The notes beneath the pieces are model-generated. The model did no database searches. It had not been told where the DNA came from and worked only from the letters and a program-made list of their open reading frames with translations. This document shows positions 24,387 to 33,259 of a stretch of 64,000 nucleotides of DNA, piece after piece (the stretch's first letter is position 1; each line of letters begins with the position of its first letter). Source of the DNA: Brevundimonas sp. (GTDB taxonomy: Bacteria; Pseudomonadota; Alphaproteobacteria; Caulobacterales; Caulobacteraceae); assembly GCF_018608325.1 (NCBI RefSeq), contig NZ_JABAZW010000013.1, forward strand, positions 8,009 through 72,008. Direction: 5' to 3'. The position numbers were made by a program, and so were the translations under genes.

Positions 24387-24590
24387 CTACTTGAGCAGCT
24401 TGGCGAGCAGCGTCCAGATGCTGACGGTCGAACGGCTGTAGACCCGGTTATAGGCCGCACGCTTGGGGTTCGTGACCCAGCCAGCGCCGCGGGGAGCCTT
24501 AAGGCCAAGGTTGTGGCGAACCATACGTTTCACTGACGTTCTCGCCGCAAAGCTCTTGCGTAGGCTTGGCTTCCGCACTCCGAACTTCAT
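24387..24590 (-). CDS. Small basic protein (moron, antisense to the tail operon)
   Basis: MKFGVRKPSLRKSFAARTSVKRMVRHNLGLKAPRGAGWVTNPKRAAYNRVYSRST.. matches a widespread small basic phage/bacterial protein pattern (KPS.KKS..ART....NPK.A.YN.VY..T) that I recall but cannot name. Confidence 0.6.
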   Translation of the reverse strand: MKFGVRKPSLRKSFAARTSVKRMVRHNLGLKAPRGAGWVTNPKRAAYNRVYSRSTVSIWTLLAKLLK

Positions 24591-24673
24591 TTCCGTCTCC
24601 GAGCAAACACCGATCGCTGGTTGCAGAAAATGCATCAAGCGTGACCGTTCGTCACCCCGAACAGAATTCGAAC

Positions 24674-24699
24674 AGGCTCGCTTCAGGCGGGCCTTTTTT
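24674..24699 (+). terminator. Intrinsic terminator, copy 2 of the duplicated hairpin
   Basis: AGGCTCGC-TTCAG-GCGGGCCT followed by TTTTT. It ends 12 nt before the next tail gene ATG. Confidence 0.65.
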
Positions 24700-24711
24700 C
24701 ATGGAGGCAGC

Positions 24712-25287
24712 ATGGAAGCCGCCCTCATCGCAGAACGGCGCATGGCCGTTTCGATCCGATGCATTCTGGTCCGCATCGCCGCGCCTACCGGAGCGATCTG
24801 CTGGACGGACGGCGGGATCGCTGTCTACGACGCCGGTTCGGGCCTGGAGCCCTATTGGGGTGAACACCCGACCTACGGGCTCCTTTCGTCTGTCTCCGGC
24901 CTCAGCAACGGAATCGGCGACCAGACAACCCGGCCCAGCCTGACGATCCTGCCGAAAGACCCGACTGCGACAGCAATCCTCGGCTCGCCTCTGATCCAGG
25001 GCTCCAAGGTTCAAATCTGGTCGGGCGCCATCAACCGCTCCACTGGCTTGCTGGTCGGGGCTCCGAAGCTGGAATTCGTCGGCAAGGTCGATCAGCCCGC
25101 CGTCAGCGCCGGAACGCAGTTCAGCATGACCATGCAACTGATCACAGACGGCGCGCTCCAGAAGGAAGCGAACGCCGACTACCGCCAGAACCATGCAGCG
25201 CACATCCGCGTCTGGCCCGGCGAGAACGGCTTCGCCAACGTCGCCAATGCCGTCCAGGCGACCCGCACCATGGAATGGCGCACCTAA
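24712..25287 (+). CDS. Minor tail protein
   Basis: The ATG at 24712 follows GGAGG. The ORF-track start at 24463 would run through the terminator and the antisense gene. Confidence 0.6.
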   Translation: MEAALIAERRMAVSIRCILVRIAAPTGAICWTDGGIAVYDAGSGLEPYWGEHPTYGLLSSVSGLSNGIGDQTTRPSLTILPKDPTATAILGSPLIQGSKVQIWSGAINRSTGLLVGAPKLEFVGKVDQPAVSAGTQFSMTMQLITDGALQKEANADYRQNHAAHIRVWPGENGFANVANAVQATRTMEWRT

Positions 25288-25288
25288 A

Positions 25289-25783
25289 ATGAAGACGACT
25301 ATTGGAGAGCGCCGCGCTGCAGCCGTTGCAGCGTGTCGGGACCGCTTTGTCGGAAAGCCCTACGATCCCAAGGCCAACCGCGACTGCATCAAGCTTGCCG
25401 GCCACTCGGCACACAAGCTGGGCCGCCGCGTCAGCCTGACCAAGGGTCTACGCTACACGACCGAGGCTGGCGGCCTGAAGGCCATGCGAAAGCTGGGGTT
25501 CAAGACCCTGATGGACGCCGTGGAGGCCGGAGGATTTGAACGCATCCCTCCCGCCGCCGCACGCCCCGGCGACATCATCGCCCTGAAGACCGAGGACGGC
25601 AACGCCTTCGGGTGTGCGCTGACGGTCGCCTTCGACAATGGCCGGGTGATTGGCTTCGTCGACGGCATCGGCGCTATCTGCCGGGTCGATGATCCTTCAG
25701 CCTACATCGCCGCCTGGCGGGTCATTGGCGACGCCTACTCTGGCCCGCGCTTTCTCGCCCCTGACGCCGAGACGCAAGACTAG
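25289..25783 (+). CDS. Tail-associated protein, possibly an NlpC/P60-like peptidase (tentative)
   Basis: The ATG at 25289 lies 2 nt after the upstream stop. Contains GKPYDPKANRDCIKLAGH..PGDIIAL, which resembles a Cys-peptidase core. Position is analogous to the GTA-like tail peptidase. Confidence 0.5.
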   Translation: MKTTIGERRAAAVAACRDRFVGKPYDPKANRDCIKLAGHSAHKLGRRVSLTKGLRYTTEAGGLKAMRKLGFKTLMDAVEAGGFERIPPAAARPGDIIALKTEDGNAFGCALTVAFDNGRVIGFVDGIGAICRVDDPSAYIAAWRVIGDAYSGPRFLAPDAETQD

Positions 25784-25785
25784 CC

Positions 25786-28014
25786 ATGCCTCAGATCATC
25801 CCTCTGGTCGTCACCGCCATCACGACGGTGACCAGCGCAGTCGTGGCCGCTGGTCCGTGGGCGGTTGCCGCCTTCAACGCCGTCAATGTCATCGGTGCGG
25901 GCATGCTCGCCAACGCGGCCTTCGGTGCGATCCAGCCAGAGGTGAAGTCGTCCAGCACCGCCCTCGAATGGAATGCGGACCCCAACGCCCCTAACCGCTT
26001 CCCGTTCGGTCGTGTCGGCGGTGCGGGCAACATCATCCACAACGCCACCTACGGCCCCGACAAGATGTTCGTGTCGTTCGTTGGCGTCATGGGTTCGTCT
26101 GGTCCGATCCGATCATGGGTGGGTTTCAGGGCCGACGACCAGCCCGTTTCGTTCGACGGCAGCGGCAAGGCCAACTCGACACAGTACGCCAACGTCATGT
26201 GGCTCAGCCGCCAACTGGGGCGGCAACCTGAGGCCTCGGCCCTGTCGTCGCCCTCAGGCCTGAAGAATGGCGCCACCCTTCCTGGCTGGGGCAACAGCTA
26301 CCGGCTGAGCGGCAAGGCAGCGTTCATCTACACCCTGTCGGAGAACTCCAAGCGCTCTGCCTACGGCGGCAAGGTGCCGACCCCGATCAACACGATTGAG
26401 GGCCTATACTGCCACGATCCCCGCTACGATAGCACCTATCCGGGCGGCTCAGGCTCCTGCCGCCTGAACAACCCGGCGACATGGGTCTATTCCACCAATG
26501 CCTACATCCATGCCTTGAACTGGGCGATTGGACGCTGGGAGGGGCTGACCGCTGGCGCGGCTGGCGCGCCCTACGCCTCCATGAAGGTCGGCGGCATAGG
26601 CGCCAGACCCGATGGTATCGACTTCGCCGCCTATGTCGAAGCGGCCAATGTGTTCGACGAGAACCGCTGGGCCTGCGCGGCATGGCCTGACGCCGATCAG
26701 TCCAAGGCTGCAGTGCTGGACAGCTTTCTGCAGGCGGGCGGCGGCATCTACGCCGAGCGTCAGGGCCGGATCTCATGCGTCCACCGCGCCGCGCCGCGCA
26801 CATCGATCGTCACCATCACGACGGACGATACCGCTGGCACCATCGAATACGACACCACCACGTCGCTGCTGGAGCGGATCAACACCATCCGGCCGAAATA
26901 CTGGTCGGAAGCCCACGACTGGCAAATGGTGGAGACGCTGAAGGAGGTCACTTCCTCCATCTGGCGTGAGGAAGACGGCCAAGGCGTTGCGGTCACCAAG
27001 TCCAAGGGCGTGGACTTCAACTACGTGCCTGGATCGAAGCAGGCGCGCGAACTGGCGGCCCTGCAGATCTCCCACACTCGAGAGGGCATCAAGGGCACCG
27101 CGCCGCTCCGTCACTACCTCGATCTGGATGTCGGCGATTGCTTCACCTGGGACGTGCCGGAAGCCGTCCTGAATGGGCTGAAGTGCATAGTTCTCAACGT
27201 CGATCCTGACTTGGAAAACGACACCATCAACGTCACGTTCTGCTCTGAAAGTGATGGGAAATATCCGTTCGCGTTCGGACAAGCCGCGTCGCCGCCGCCA
27301 GCTCCGGCCATCGTTCCGCGCGACCTGACCTATGTCGCCCCGCCCCTTCCCGGCGACTGGACTCTTGCAGCCGAGGTGCTGGTCGAGAACGGAAGCTCCA
27401 TCCCCATCCTCGCCTTTGTCGGCTCCTGCCAGAACGACACTGCCGACGCTGTTGTCTTCGAGTTCCGCCCCGTCGATACCCCGCCCCGCCTATGGGCTGG
27501 CGCCGGTGTTGAGGGTCCAGCCGTTGAGCGGAAAGAGGTCGGCGGCCCGATCACTCAAGGAACGGCCTATGAGGGGGCTGTCAGCTACCGGCGCGGCAAC
27601 AACGTCTCAGAGCGGCTTGTGCTGGGTCCGGTCACGGTCGGCCAATATGCCGTCTCGCCCGGCCCGGCCGCGCGACGCCTGATCAGTTGGTCCACGAACC
27701 CGCTGACCAGCAACTCATCGTCAATCGCCGTCGCCGCTTTCTCGGGCGTGGTCGAAGGTTCCGGTGACGAGATCGGCTTCCCATCAGGGACCATCGCCAG
27801 CCTGTCGCCCTCCACTCAGTACGGCGTCTTCTACAGGCCTGACCTTGGCTATCAGGCCGCCCCCTACCCCGCAGTCTCGTACATGACGACGGGATCGTGG
27901 GTGTTCATCGGCTGGCAGGCCACACCCAACACATCGGGCTCCTACCCGGTCCCTCCCCCTCCACCTCCCGGCTGGGGCGGTGGCGGGACGTCGCCTGTCG
28001 CGAACCAAGTCTAA
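25786..28014 (+). CDS. Host-specificity / central tail fibre protein (gpJ-like)
   Basis: 742 aa, the largest tail-tip ORF after the tape measure block, with a proline-rich C-terminus. Confidence 0.75.
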   Translation: MPQIIPLVVTAITTVTSAVVAAGPWAVAAFNAVNVIGAGMLANAAFGAIQPEVKSSSTALEWNADPNAPNRFPFGRVGGAGNIIHNATYGPDKMFVSFVGVMGSSGPIRSWVGFRADDQPVSFDGSGKANSTQYANVMWLSRQLGRQPEASALSSPSGLKNGATLPGWGNSYRLSGKAAFIYTLSENSKRSAYGGKVPTPINTIEGLYCHDPRYDSTYPGGSGSCRLNNPATWVYSTNAYIHALNWAIGRWEGLTAGAAGAPYASMKVGGIGARPDGIDFAAYVEAANVFDENRWACAAWPDADQSKAAVLDSFLQAGGGIYAERQGRISCVHRAAPRTSIVTITTDDTAGTIEYDTTTSLLERINTIRPKYWSEAHDWQMVETLKEVTSSIWREEDGQGVAVTKSKGVDFNYVPGSKQARELAALQISHTREGIKGTAPLRHYLDLDVGDCFTWDVPEAVLNGLKCIVLNVDPDLENDTINVTFCSESDGKYPFAFGQAASPPPAPAIVPRDLTYVAPPLPGDWTLAAEVLVENGSSIPILAFVGSCQNDTADAVVFEFRPVDTPPRLWAGAGVEGPAVERKEVGGPITQGTAYEGAVSYRRGNNVSERLVLGPVTVGQYAVSPGPAARRLISWSTNPLTSNSSSIAVAAFSGVVEGSGDEIGFPSGTIASLSPSTQYGVFYRPDLGYQAAPYPAVSYMTTGSWVFIGWQATPNTSGSYPVPPPPPPGWGGGGTSPVANQV

Positions 28015-28035
28015 CCCGAAGCTCGGACACCCAAC

Positions 28036-28428
28036 ATGATCACCCCAGGACACCTGGACCTCGTGGTCCAGCGATGGACGCCGTTCGTCTATCAGATCGA
28101 TTTCGAAGGCCTCGACTTCACCGGGGCGACGATGGCCATGCAAGCGCGTCTTTATCGGGATGCGCCCGGCGCGCCGCTGATCAGTCTCGTCAATGCTGCA
28201 GCCAACGCTGAAGGGCTGAGCGTAACGGTCACGAATCTCGATGGCGTCCCCACCTCGCACGTTCAGATCCGCATCAATGAAACGACGGCCGAGGGCTTGC
28301 TCCTGAACGCAGGCGCGCCCGGCGACGACGTGAAGCTCGTCTACGACCTCCACATCACCGGCGGCGGCCTGCCCAAGACGCGCTGGGTTGAAGGCTCTCT
28401 CATCATCCGCGCAGGAGCGACCCAGTAA
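28036..28428 (+). CDS. Hypothetical tail-tip protein
   Basis: From the ORF track; its stop overlaps the next ATG. Confidence 0.6.
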   Translation: MITPGHLDLVVQRWTPFVYQIDFEGLDFTGATMAMQARLYRDAPGAPLISLVNAAANAEGLSVTVTNLDGVPTSHVQIRINETTAEGLLLNAGAPGDDVKLVYDLHITGGGLPKTRWVEGSLIIRAGATQ

Positions 28429-29753
28429 TGGCCGATGCAATCGTAAGGGTCGTTGAGAACCGGGCGACCGTCGTCATTCCAGGCGTCGAGGCTCTGGCGC
28501 CGTTGGTGGCCGCCACTCAATCCGCTGCCGACGAGGCGACGGCGGCGCGGGATGGGGCGGAGGCCGCTGCTGCCCTGCTGAACATCAAGCGGATGGTGCA
28601 GGACCATTGGCTCAGGGCATGGACCGATCAGGACAGCAACCTGCTCGGCGGCTGGCTGCGCGACGGCAAGTTTCTTGCGGCTTTGTCTGAAGAGTCTGTC
28701 GTTCCCTTCGCAGCGCTCGCGGCCGAAGCGCAAGCGCGAATGCTTGCAGGCTCAACTGCGGAAGAACGTTCGGCGTTCGGTTCTTGGCTTCGCGCCTGGA
28801 CCGATCAGGACAGAAATATCCTCGGCGGCTGGCGGCGTAACGGCAAGTTTCTGGCGGACTTTGATCCTGCCTGCCGGTTTCCTCCCGGCATTGGCCTGCC
28901 GAACGGCCTGCAGGCGGCCAGCGGACCGGACATCTGCTGTTCAGGGGATTCCATGACCGCTGGGGCTGGCGGCCAGGGTGTGACCATGCCTGCCGAGTTG
29001 GCGGTTCTGACGGGTCGCACAGTCCGCAATTTGGGCGTCGGCGGTGAGACCAGCCGAACAATCGCTGGGCGCCTGGGCGTGCGACCGATGATGATCACGG
29101 TTCAGGCTGGCGTCATTCCGGCTGCGGGCGGCATTACCGTAACTCTCGCGGCTGACGACGGCGGCGTGGTCGCTCCGCTGCTGCAGGGTTCATCGTCACA
29201 GATCAACCCGTGCGTCGTCGCGGGGGTCACAGGCACGCTAAGCCTGTCCGACGGGGTCTATACGTTCACCCGAACAGAACCGGGCGCAGCGGTTCCGGTT
29301 CGCCGTCCCGCGCCCCTGATCCCGCCGAACCGAAATCGGCTCGGGGACATCCTGATCCTGTGGTGGGGTCAGAATGACGGCTTCACCGAGGCCAATGCGC
29401 CGGGGATCATCGCGCGGCAGAAGGCCACGCTGGAGGCCGCGCCAGTCATCAGAAGGCGGTATCTCATCGTCGGGGCTCCTTCTGGCACTGACGTCAGCCA
29501 AGCAAATGCCGATGCGCTGTTCATCCAGGCGTTCGGCCGTCGATACGTGAACATCCGCAAACTGCTGTCGTCCGCAGCCTCATTCGATGAAGCCGGGCTG
29601 ACCCCGACCTCCGACGATCTGACCGCGATTGCCGCTGGCAGCGTCCCGCCGTCGCTGCGGAGCGATGCGATCCATTTCAACGCAGCCGGATACCGGCTGA
29701 CCGCACAACACATCAATGCACGGCTCACAGAGCTGGGCGATCTGGAGGTTTAG
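28428..29753 (+). CDS. Tail fibre/spike protein with a C-terminal SGNH (GDSL) esterase domain
   Basis: The SGNH blocks are all present: block I CSGDSMTAG, block II NLGVGGETS, block III WWGQNDG and block V DAIHFNAAGY. The N-terminal part holds a duplicated 26-aa segment, WLRAWTDQD.N.LGGW.R.GKFLA. Confidence 0.75.
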   Translation: MADAIVRVVENRATVVIPGVEALAPLVAATQSAADEATAARDGAEAAAALLNIKRMVQDHWLRAWTDQDSNLLGGWLRDGKFLAALSEESVVPFAALAAEAQARMLAGSTAEERSAFGSWLRAWTDQDRNILGGWRRNGKFLADFDPACRFPPGIGLPNGLQAASGPDICCSGDSMTAGAGGQGVTMPAELAVLTGRTVRNLGVGGETSRTIAGRLGVRPMMITVQAGVIPAAGGITVTLAADDGGVVAPLLQGSSSQINPCVVAGVTGTLSLSDGVYTFTRTEPGAAVPVRRPAPLIPPNRNRLGDILILWWGQNDGFTEANAPGIIARQKATLEAAPVIRRRYLIVGAPSGTDVSQANADALFIQAFGRRYVNIRKLLSSAASFDEAGLTPTSDDLTAIAAGSVPPSLRSDAIHFNAAGYRLTAQHINARLTELGDLEV

Positions 29754-29756
29754 AAC

Positions 29757-30644
29757 ATGGCCACGGTCGAGGTTGTTCAGGGCGCGATTTCTGGCGCGGC
29801 GCCATTTGGCAAGCTGTATCCGTACGACGGCATGACCGGCGGCACGATTGCGCTGATCGATTTCGGATATGCACCCGCAGCATCAGTGCCGATCAATCCT
29901 GCATCCTTGCCAAACCTTGTAGCGGATCAGGCCGCAAAGCTTACTGGCCTGACGCCCGCGCAATGTGGATTTGATATTACGGTTGCGACGGGTCACGGCT
30001 CGGTAGTTGAGGTTACCTCTAAAGGGGCAATCCATGTCGCTTCAACCCACGGCGGAGATCAGACGTCCGATGATGGTTGGGGCGTATCGATCTCTGCGCC
30101 ACTGGCCAACTGGCTGTTGGCGCAAAACAATATCGCTGTCGTCACCACCCTGTTCTTGAGGCTTACAAGGTCTCAGATCGCAGACGCGCAGGCGCCGCAG
30201 TCTATAAGCCACATCACGGCCCCGGCGTCGGCCACCGGAAACTTCTTCCATCACACCCAAGGCGGCCTTCCTGCGCCCGGCGCAGCATTGGCCAACGGTG
30301 TAAGGGCGCCTACCATTGTAGGCCAAGGGGGACTGTTAGCGGTAGCTACCCAAGGGTGGACAGGCACTAAACCCAGCAACATTAACGGCGCCGCTCAGAG
30401 GCGTCTGTTTGTCAGCGGCGCGAGAGATGCGTGGGCGGTTTTCAACCGCAATAAGGCACCCAGCTATGTGGTTTACCGCGCGCAGATGGACCTGATTGCC
30501 CTGTCGGATGTGCCGGGCGCGACGGTGGCTGAAAAGGCCGCCAATCACATTCAGGCCATGTCCGCGATGGCGGCGGTCGATTTCGGCTCCGGGGGCAGGT
30601 TCCACGGCGACGTGTACACGCCTGCTGAAACGCTGAAGCCGTAA
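29757..30644 (+). CDS. Hypothetical tail fibre/receptor-binding protein
   Basis: From the ORF track. It is the last ORF of the tail block. No domain recognised. Confidence 0.55.
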
Positions 30645-30673
30645 AATTCAACTCGGTTAAACAGGACATCCAC

Positions 30674-31024
30674 ATGCTTTCTTTGCTGGACCCGGATCGT
30701 CTCCGGGTCGGCCTCGCCGCATTTGCCGGCGCGGTCGTCTATGGCGTCTTCACGTTGGTCACCCTGTTCATGACCGGCGCCCACGTCAGTCGTGTGGACT
30801 TCGTCCGCGCGGCCCTGAATGTGTTGGCGGCGGCCATGTGCGGTGTTCTGACCGCTGTAACCATCGCCCCGGCCATCGCCGCCGTCATTCCGTGGTCAGC
30901 GGCGCGCGATCTGCCGACCATCGGCTTCTTCATCGGCGCACTGTGTTGGGAGGTCATGCCGTTCTTTCTGGCTGGCGTCCGCAATCGCGCCCGGCGGGAA
31001 TCTGAAAAGCAGGGAGGCGTGTGA
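30674..31024 (+). CDS. Holin-like membrane protein
   Basis: Three hydrophobic helices and a charged C-terminal tail (RNRARRESEKQGG). It is the first gene of the lysis cassette. Confidence 0.55.
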   Translation: MLSLLDPDRLRVGLAAFAGAVVYGVFTLVTLFMTGAHVSRVDFVRAALNVLAAAMCGVLTAVTIAPAIAAVIPWSAARDLPTIGFFIGALCWEVMPFFLAGVRNRARRESEKQGGV

Positions 31025-31302
31025 TGTTCGGGTCCGTTCTGGCTGCGACGTTCGCCATCACTGCAGCGGTCTTTCTCGGGCTGCGGGCGCAAATGCTCAA
31101 ACCCGACCTGGCGGCGTGGCCTGATGCGCCCCGCTGCGTCCGATGGGCGACCTTCGTCCTGTCCGCCGCCTTGGGTGGATACGCCGTCGCGGTGATCAAC
31201 GGTCATCCTGCCCGGTTGCTGGAGACGGGCTTACTGGGCGTGATCGCCGCCTACGCCTTCCTGCTATGGGTCAATCTGTACCGGCAGTTGGCTGGGCGCT
31301 GA
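31021..31302 (+). CDS. Second small membrane protein (holin/antiholin-like)
   Basis: GTGATG overlap with the previous gene. Contains 2-3 hydrophobic helices. Confidence 0.5.
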   Translation: MMFGSVLAATFAITAAVFLGLRAQMLKPDLAAWPDAPRCVRWATFVLSAALGGYAVAVINGHPARLLETGLLGVIAAYAFLLWVNLYRQLAGR

Positions 31303-31318
31303 CGAACCCGGTTCGCGG

Positions 31319-31447
31319 CTAAGCCGCACGAGCCATCAGCCACACGACCCCGGCTGTCACGACCCAGAGGCCCACGCTGATCCCGACCGCGACAGCGAGC
31401 CGAATGGCGGGCGGCCAGCGCTTAATCGGCGTGTGATCCTCGGCCAT
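31319..31447 (-). CDS. Candidate 42-aa single-pass membrane peptide, antisense within the lysis cassette gap
   Basis: Translated by hand: MAEDHTPIKRWPPAIRLAVAVGISVGLWVVTAGVVWLMARAA. An AGGA lies ~10 nt upstream. It is below the ORF-track cutoff. Confidence 0.25.
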   Translation of the reverse strand: MAEDHTPIKRWPPAIRLAVAVGISVGLWVVTAGVVWLMARAA

Positions 31448-31610
31448 CAACGTCATCCTGGGTCAAAACCGGATGACGGCCCGCTGAGCCGTTGGGGGGC
31501 CGGAGCGGGCCGTCGTGTCGAGCGGTTTGGGTCGCGGCGACACGCGAGAGTTGCTGAATGCGCCACCTTTGGCAACTCCAACTTTTAATCAGACAATCTG
31601 GAGACTGAAC

Positions 31611-32132
31611 ATGAGCTTCCGCTTTTCCAAGCGGTCGATGGACCGTGCGCGGTCGGTCGATCCGCGCCTGATGGCCTTGGCAACAGCGGCGTTGGCCCGA
31701 TCCAGCGTCGATTTCGGACTGACCGAGGAACAGTCGCGCACCTGGGCCGAGCAGGCCGAGAAGGTGCGGCGCGGCGTCTCGAAGACCATGAACAGCAAGC
31801 ACGTTATCAAGGCGCCGAAGAAGGTTTCCGAAGGCGTCGATCTGGTGCCGTTCGTCGATGGCGTCTTCACATGGGGCGACAATCAGTGGCGGGTCAAAAC
31901 CAAGGCTGGCCCGACGATAGAGCCGTTCTACGAGATCGCCGCCGCCATGCGCGAAGCCGCCATCGCCGCCAACCTGCGGCTGACATGGGGAGGCGTTTGG
32001 GACCGTTGCCTGAATGACCTTCCCGCTGGCCCGGCCGCGATGAAGGCCGCGGTCGAGGCCTACAAGGCGCGCCGCAAGGCGGCCGGGGGGGCGGCCCTGC
32101 TGGACGGACCGCATTTCGAGTTGGTGAAATGA
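31611..32132 (+). CDS. Endolysin, peptidase M15 (VanY/L-Ala-D-Glu peptidase-like)
   Basis: Zn-ligand pattern SKH..(x)..GVDLVP and DGPHFEL. The ATG at 31611 is used because the ORF-track start at 31515 has no SD. Confidence 0.8.
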   Translation: MSFRFSKRSMDRARSVDPRLMALATAALARSSVDFGLTEEQSRTWAEQAEKVRRGVSKTMNSKHVIKAPKKVSEGVDLVPFVDGVFTWGDNQWRVKTKAGPTIEPFYEIAAAMREAAIAANLRLTWGGVWDRCLNDLPAGPAAMKAAVEAYKARRKAAGGAALLDGPHFELVK

Positions 32133-32482
32133 TCCAGTCCGTCATTCGCACCCTCACCCCGACCGCTTGGCTGATCGTCGGCGTCCTCGCCGCCTTCCTG
32201 CTGTTTGGCGCCTTCTGCTCATACAGGGGCGGACAGACCGAAAGAGATCGTCAGGCCGCCTCTGCCGCCAAGATCGAGGCGAAGGCCTCCACGGCGCGGG
32301 AAACAGCCGCCAGCGAGCGCCACAACGACAACACCACCATCAACACCCGCGAGAAGGAGCTTTCCAATGCGGTCCAGTCGCTTCCTGATGCTGCCCCTAG
32401 CCCTCGCCGCGTCCGGCTCGCTTGTGAGCGGCTGCGTCAGCAAGGGTCTCGCCTTCCCGCCGAGTGTGGACCTGCGGGTTGA
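32129..32482 (+). CDS. i-spanin (Rz-like)
   Basis: N-terminal TM segment (WLIVGVLAAFLLFGAFC) followed by a charged coiled-coil. Its start overlaps the endolysin stop. Confidence 0.65.
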   Translation: MIQSVIRTLTPTAWLIVGVLAAFLLFGAFCSYRGGQTERDRQAASAAKIEAKASTARETAASERHNDNTTINTREKELSNAVQSLPDAAPSPRRVRLACERLRQQGSRLPAECGPAG

Positions 32483-32669
32483 GCCCAAGCCGGTCCTGGC
32501 GCCTGATGCGATTTATTCGGAAGCCGCGCTCGACGCCTACGACATCGCCATCGAGGCGCGAGGAGATCGGCTGGCGGCCCAGGTCGGGCGGCTATGCCGG
32601 TTCTTCGACACCATGGGTATGAAGGGTCTAGACTGTCCGCCGCCAGAGCCCCGACCGAAGCAGGGCTAG
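32367..32669 (+). CDS. o-spanin (Rz1-like lipoprotein), overlapping the i-spanin 3' end in another frame
   Basis: The ATG at 32367 lies 7 nt after GAAGGAG. The signal and lipobox read MRSSRFLMLPLALAASGSLVSG-C. Confidence 0.7.
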   Translation: MRSSRFLMLPLALAASGSLVSGCVSKGLAFPPSVDLRVEPKPVLAPDAIYSEAALDAYDIAIEARGDRLAAQVGRLCRFFDTMGMKGLDCPPPEPRPKQG

Positions 32670-32849
32670 GTCCATGGAAATCCCCACTGACCGTTTTCTC
32701 TGTTCAGCGAAAATGGTCCAGCGTCGAGCCATCAGGCTCCGCTACGGGTCCGTCATCCGAAGGGGCGGCGGGCTTTGGCGCGCTGAGAGAAACTTGCAAT
32801 CCCACGGATACTATGACGCAATCCAAGAGGGAATCCATCCCACTTGGAG

Positions 32850-33107
32850 ATGCCGGTGAAGAGCTTGCTCAAAACGATCAGTATTGGCGCGATTGCAGTG
32901 ACGGCAGCGGCCTTATCTGGACCAGCCCTTGCGTTGCCAGCAGATTACGTATGGTTTACCTACTATAGTGACGCCACATATACAGTGGAAGTCGGAGAGA
33001 AACACATTCTGTGCTCCGGGAGAACAGTTCGACTTGGTGAAACAACGCCATATTATCAGATATACACAACGCCTTGCCCGAACCCTCCGCACACCGGACC
33101 GTGGTAG
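32850..33107 (+). CDS. Small secreted 2-Cys protein, paralogue family member 3 (start 32844 TTG, 32850 ATG or 32856 GTG)
   Basis: The signal peptide is ..KSLLKTISIGAIAVTAAALSGPALA. The mature part VWFTYYSDATYTVEVGEKHILCSGRTVRLGETT..TTPC aligns with 7302-7598 and 7662-7904. Confidence 0.55.
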   Translation: MPVKSLLKTISIGAIAVTAAALSGPALALPADYVWFTYYSDATYTVEVGEKHILCSGRTVRLGETTPYYQIYTTPCPNPPHTGPW

Positions 33108-33259
33108 GGTACAAATAACTATAAGCACCTGCGATCAGCCCCCCATCCGAAAGGGTGGCGGGCTTTCCGCCCTTACGAACAATCACTGATTGTTCTAGCC
33201 ACAATCTTATGTATCCATGCGCATAGGGAGGCCTGTCTCCCGCTTGGAGAGTTGTCGCG

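Noticed and set aside
24463-24711. The N-terminal extension of the minor tail protein ORF (ORF-track start 24463).
   Set aside because: It would run antisense through the recognisable small basic protein gene and through the intrinsic terminator at 24674-24699. The ATG at 24712 has a GGAGG SD.
31422-32114. A 230-aa minus-strand ORF across the endolysin region.
   Set aside because: It is antisense to the M15 peptidase gene, which has clear Zn-ligand motifs, and its composition is that of a shadow frame.
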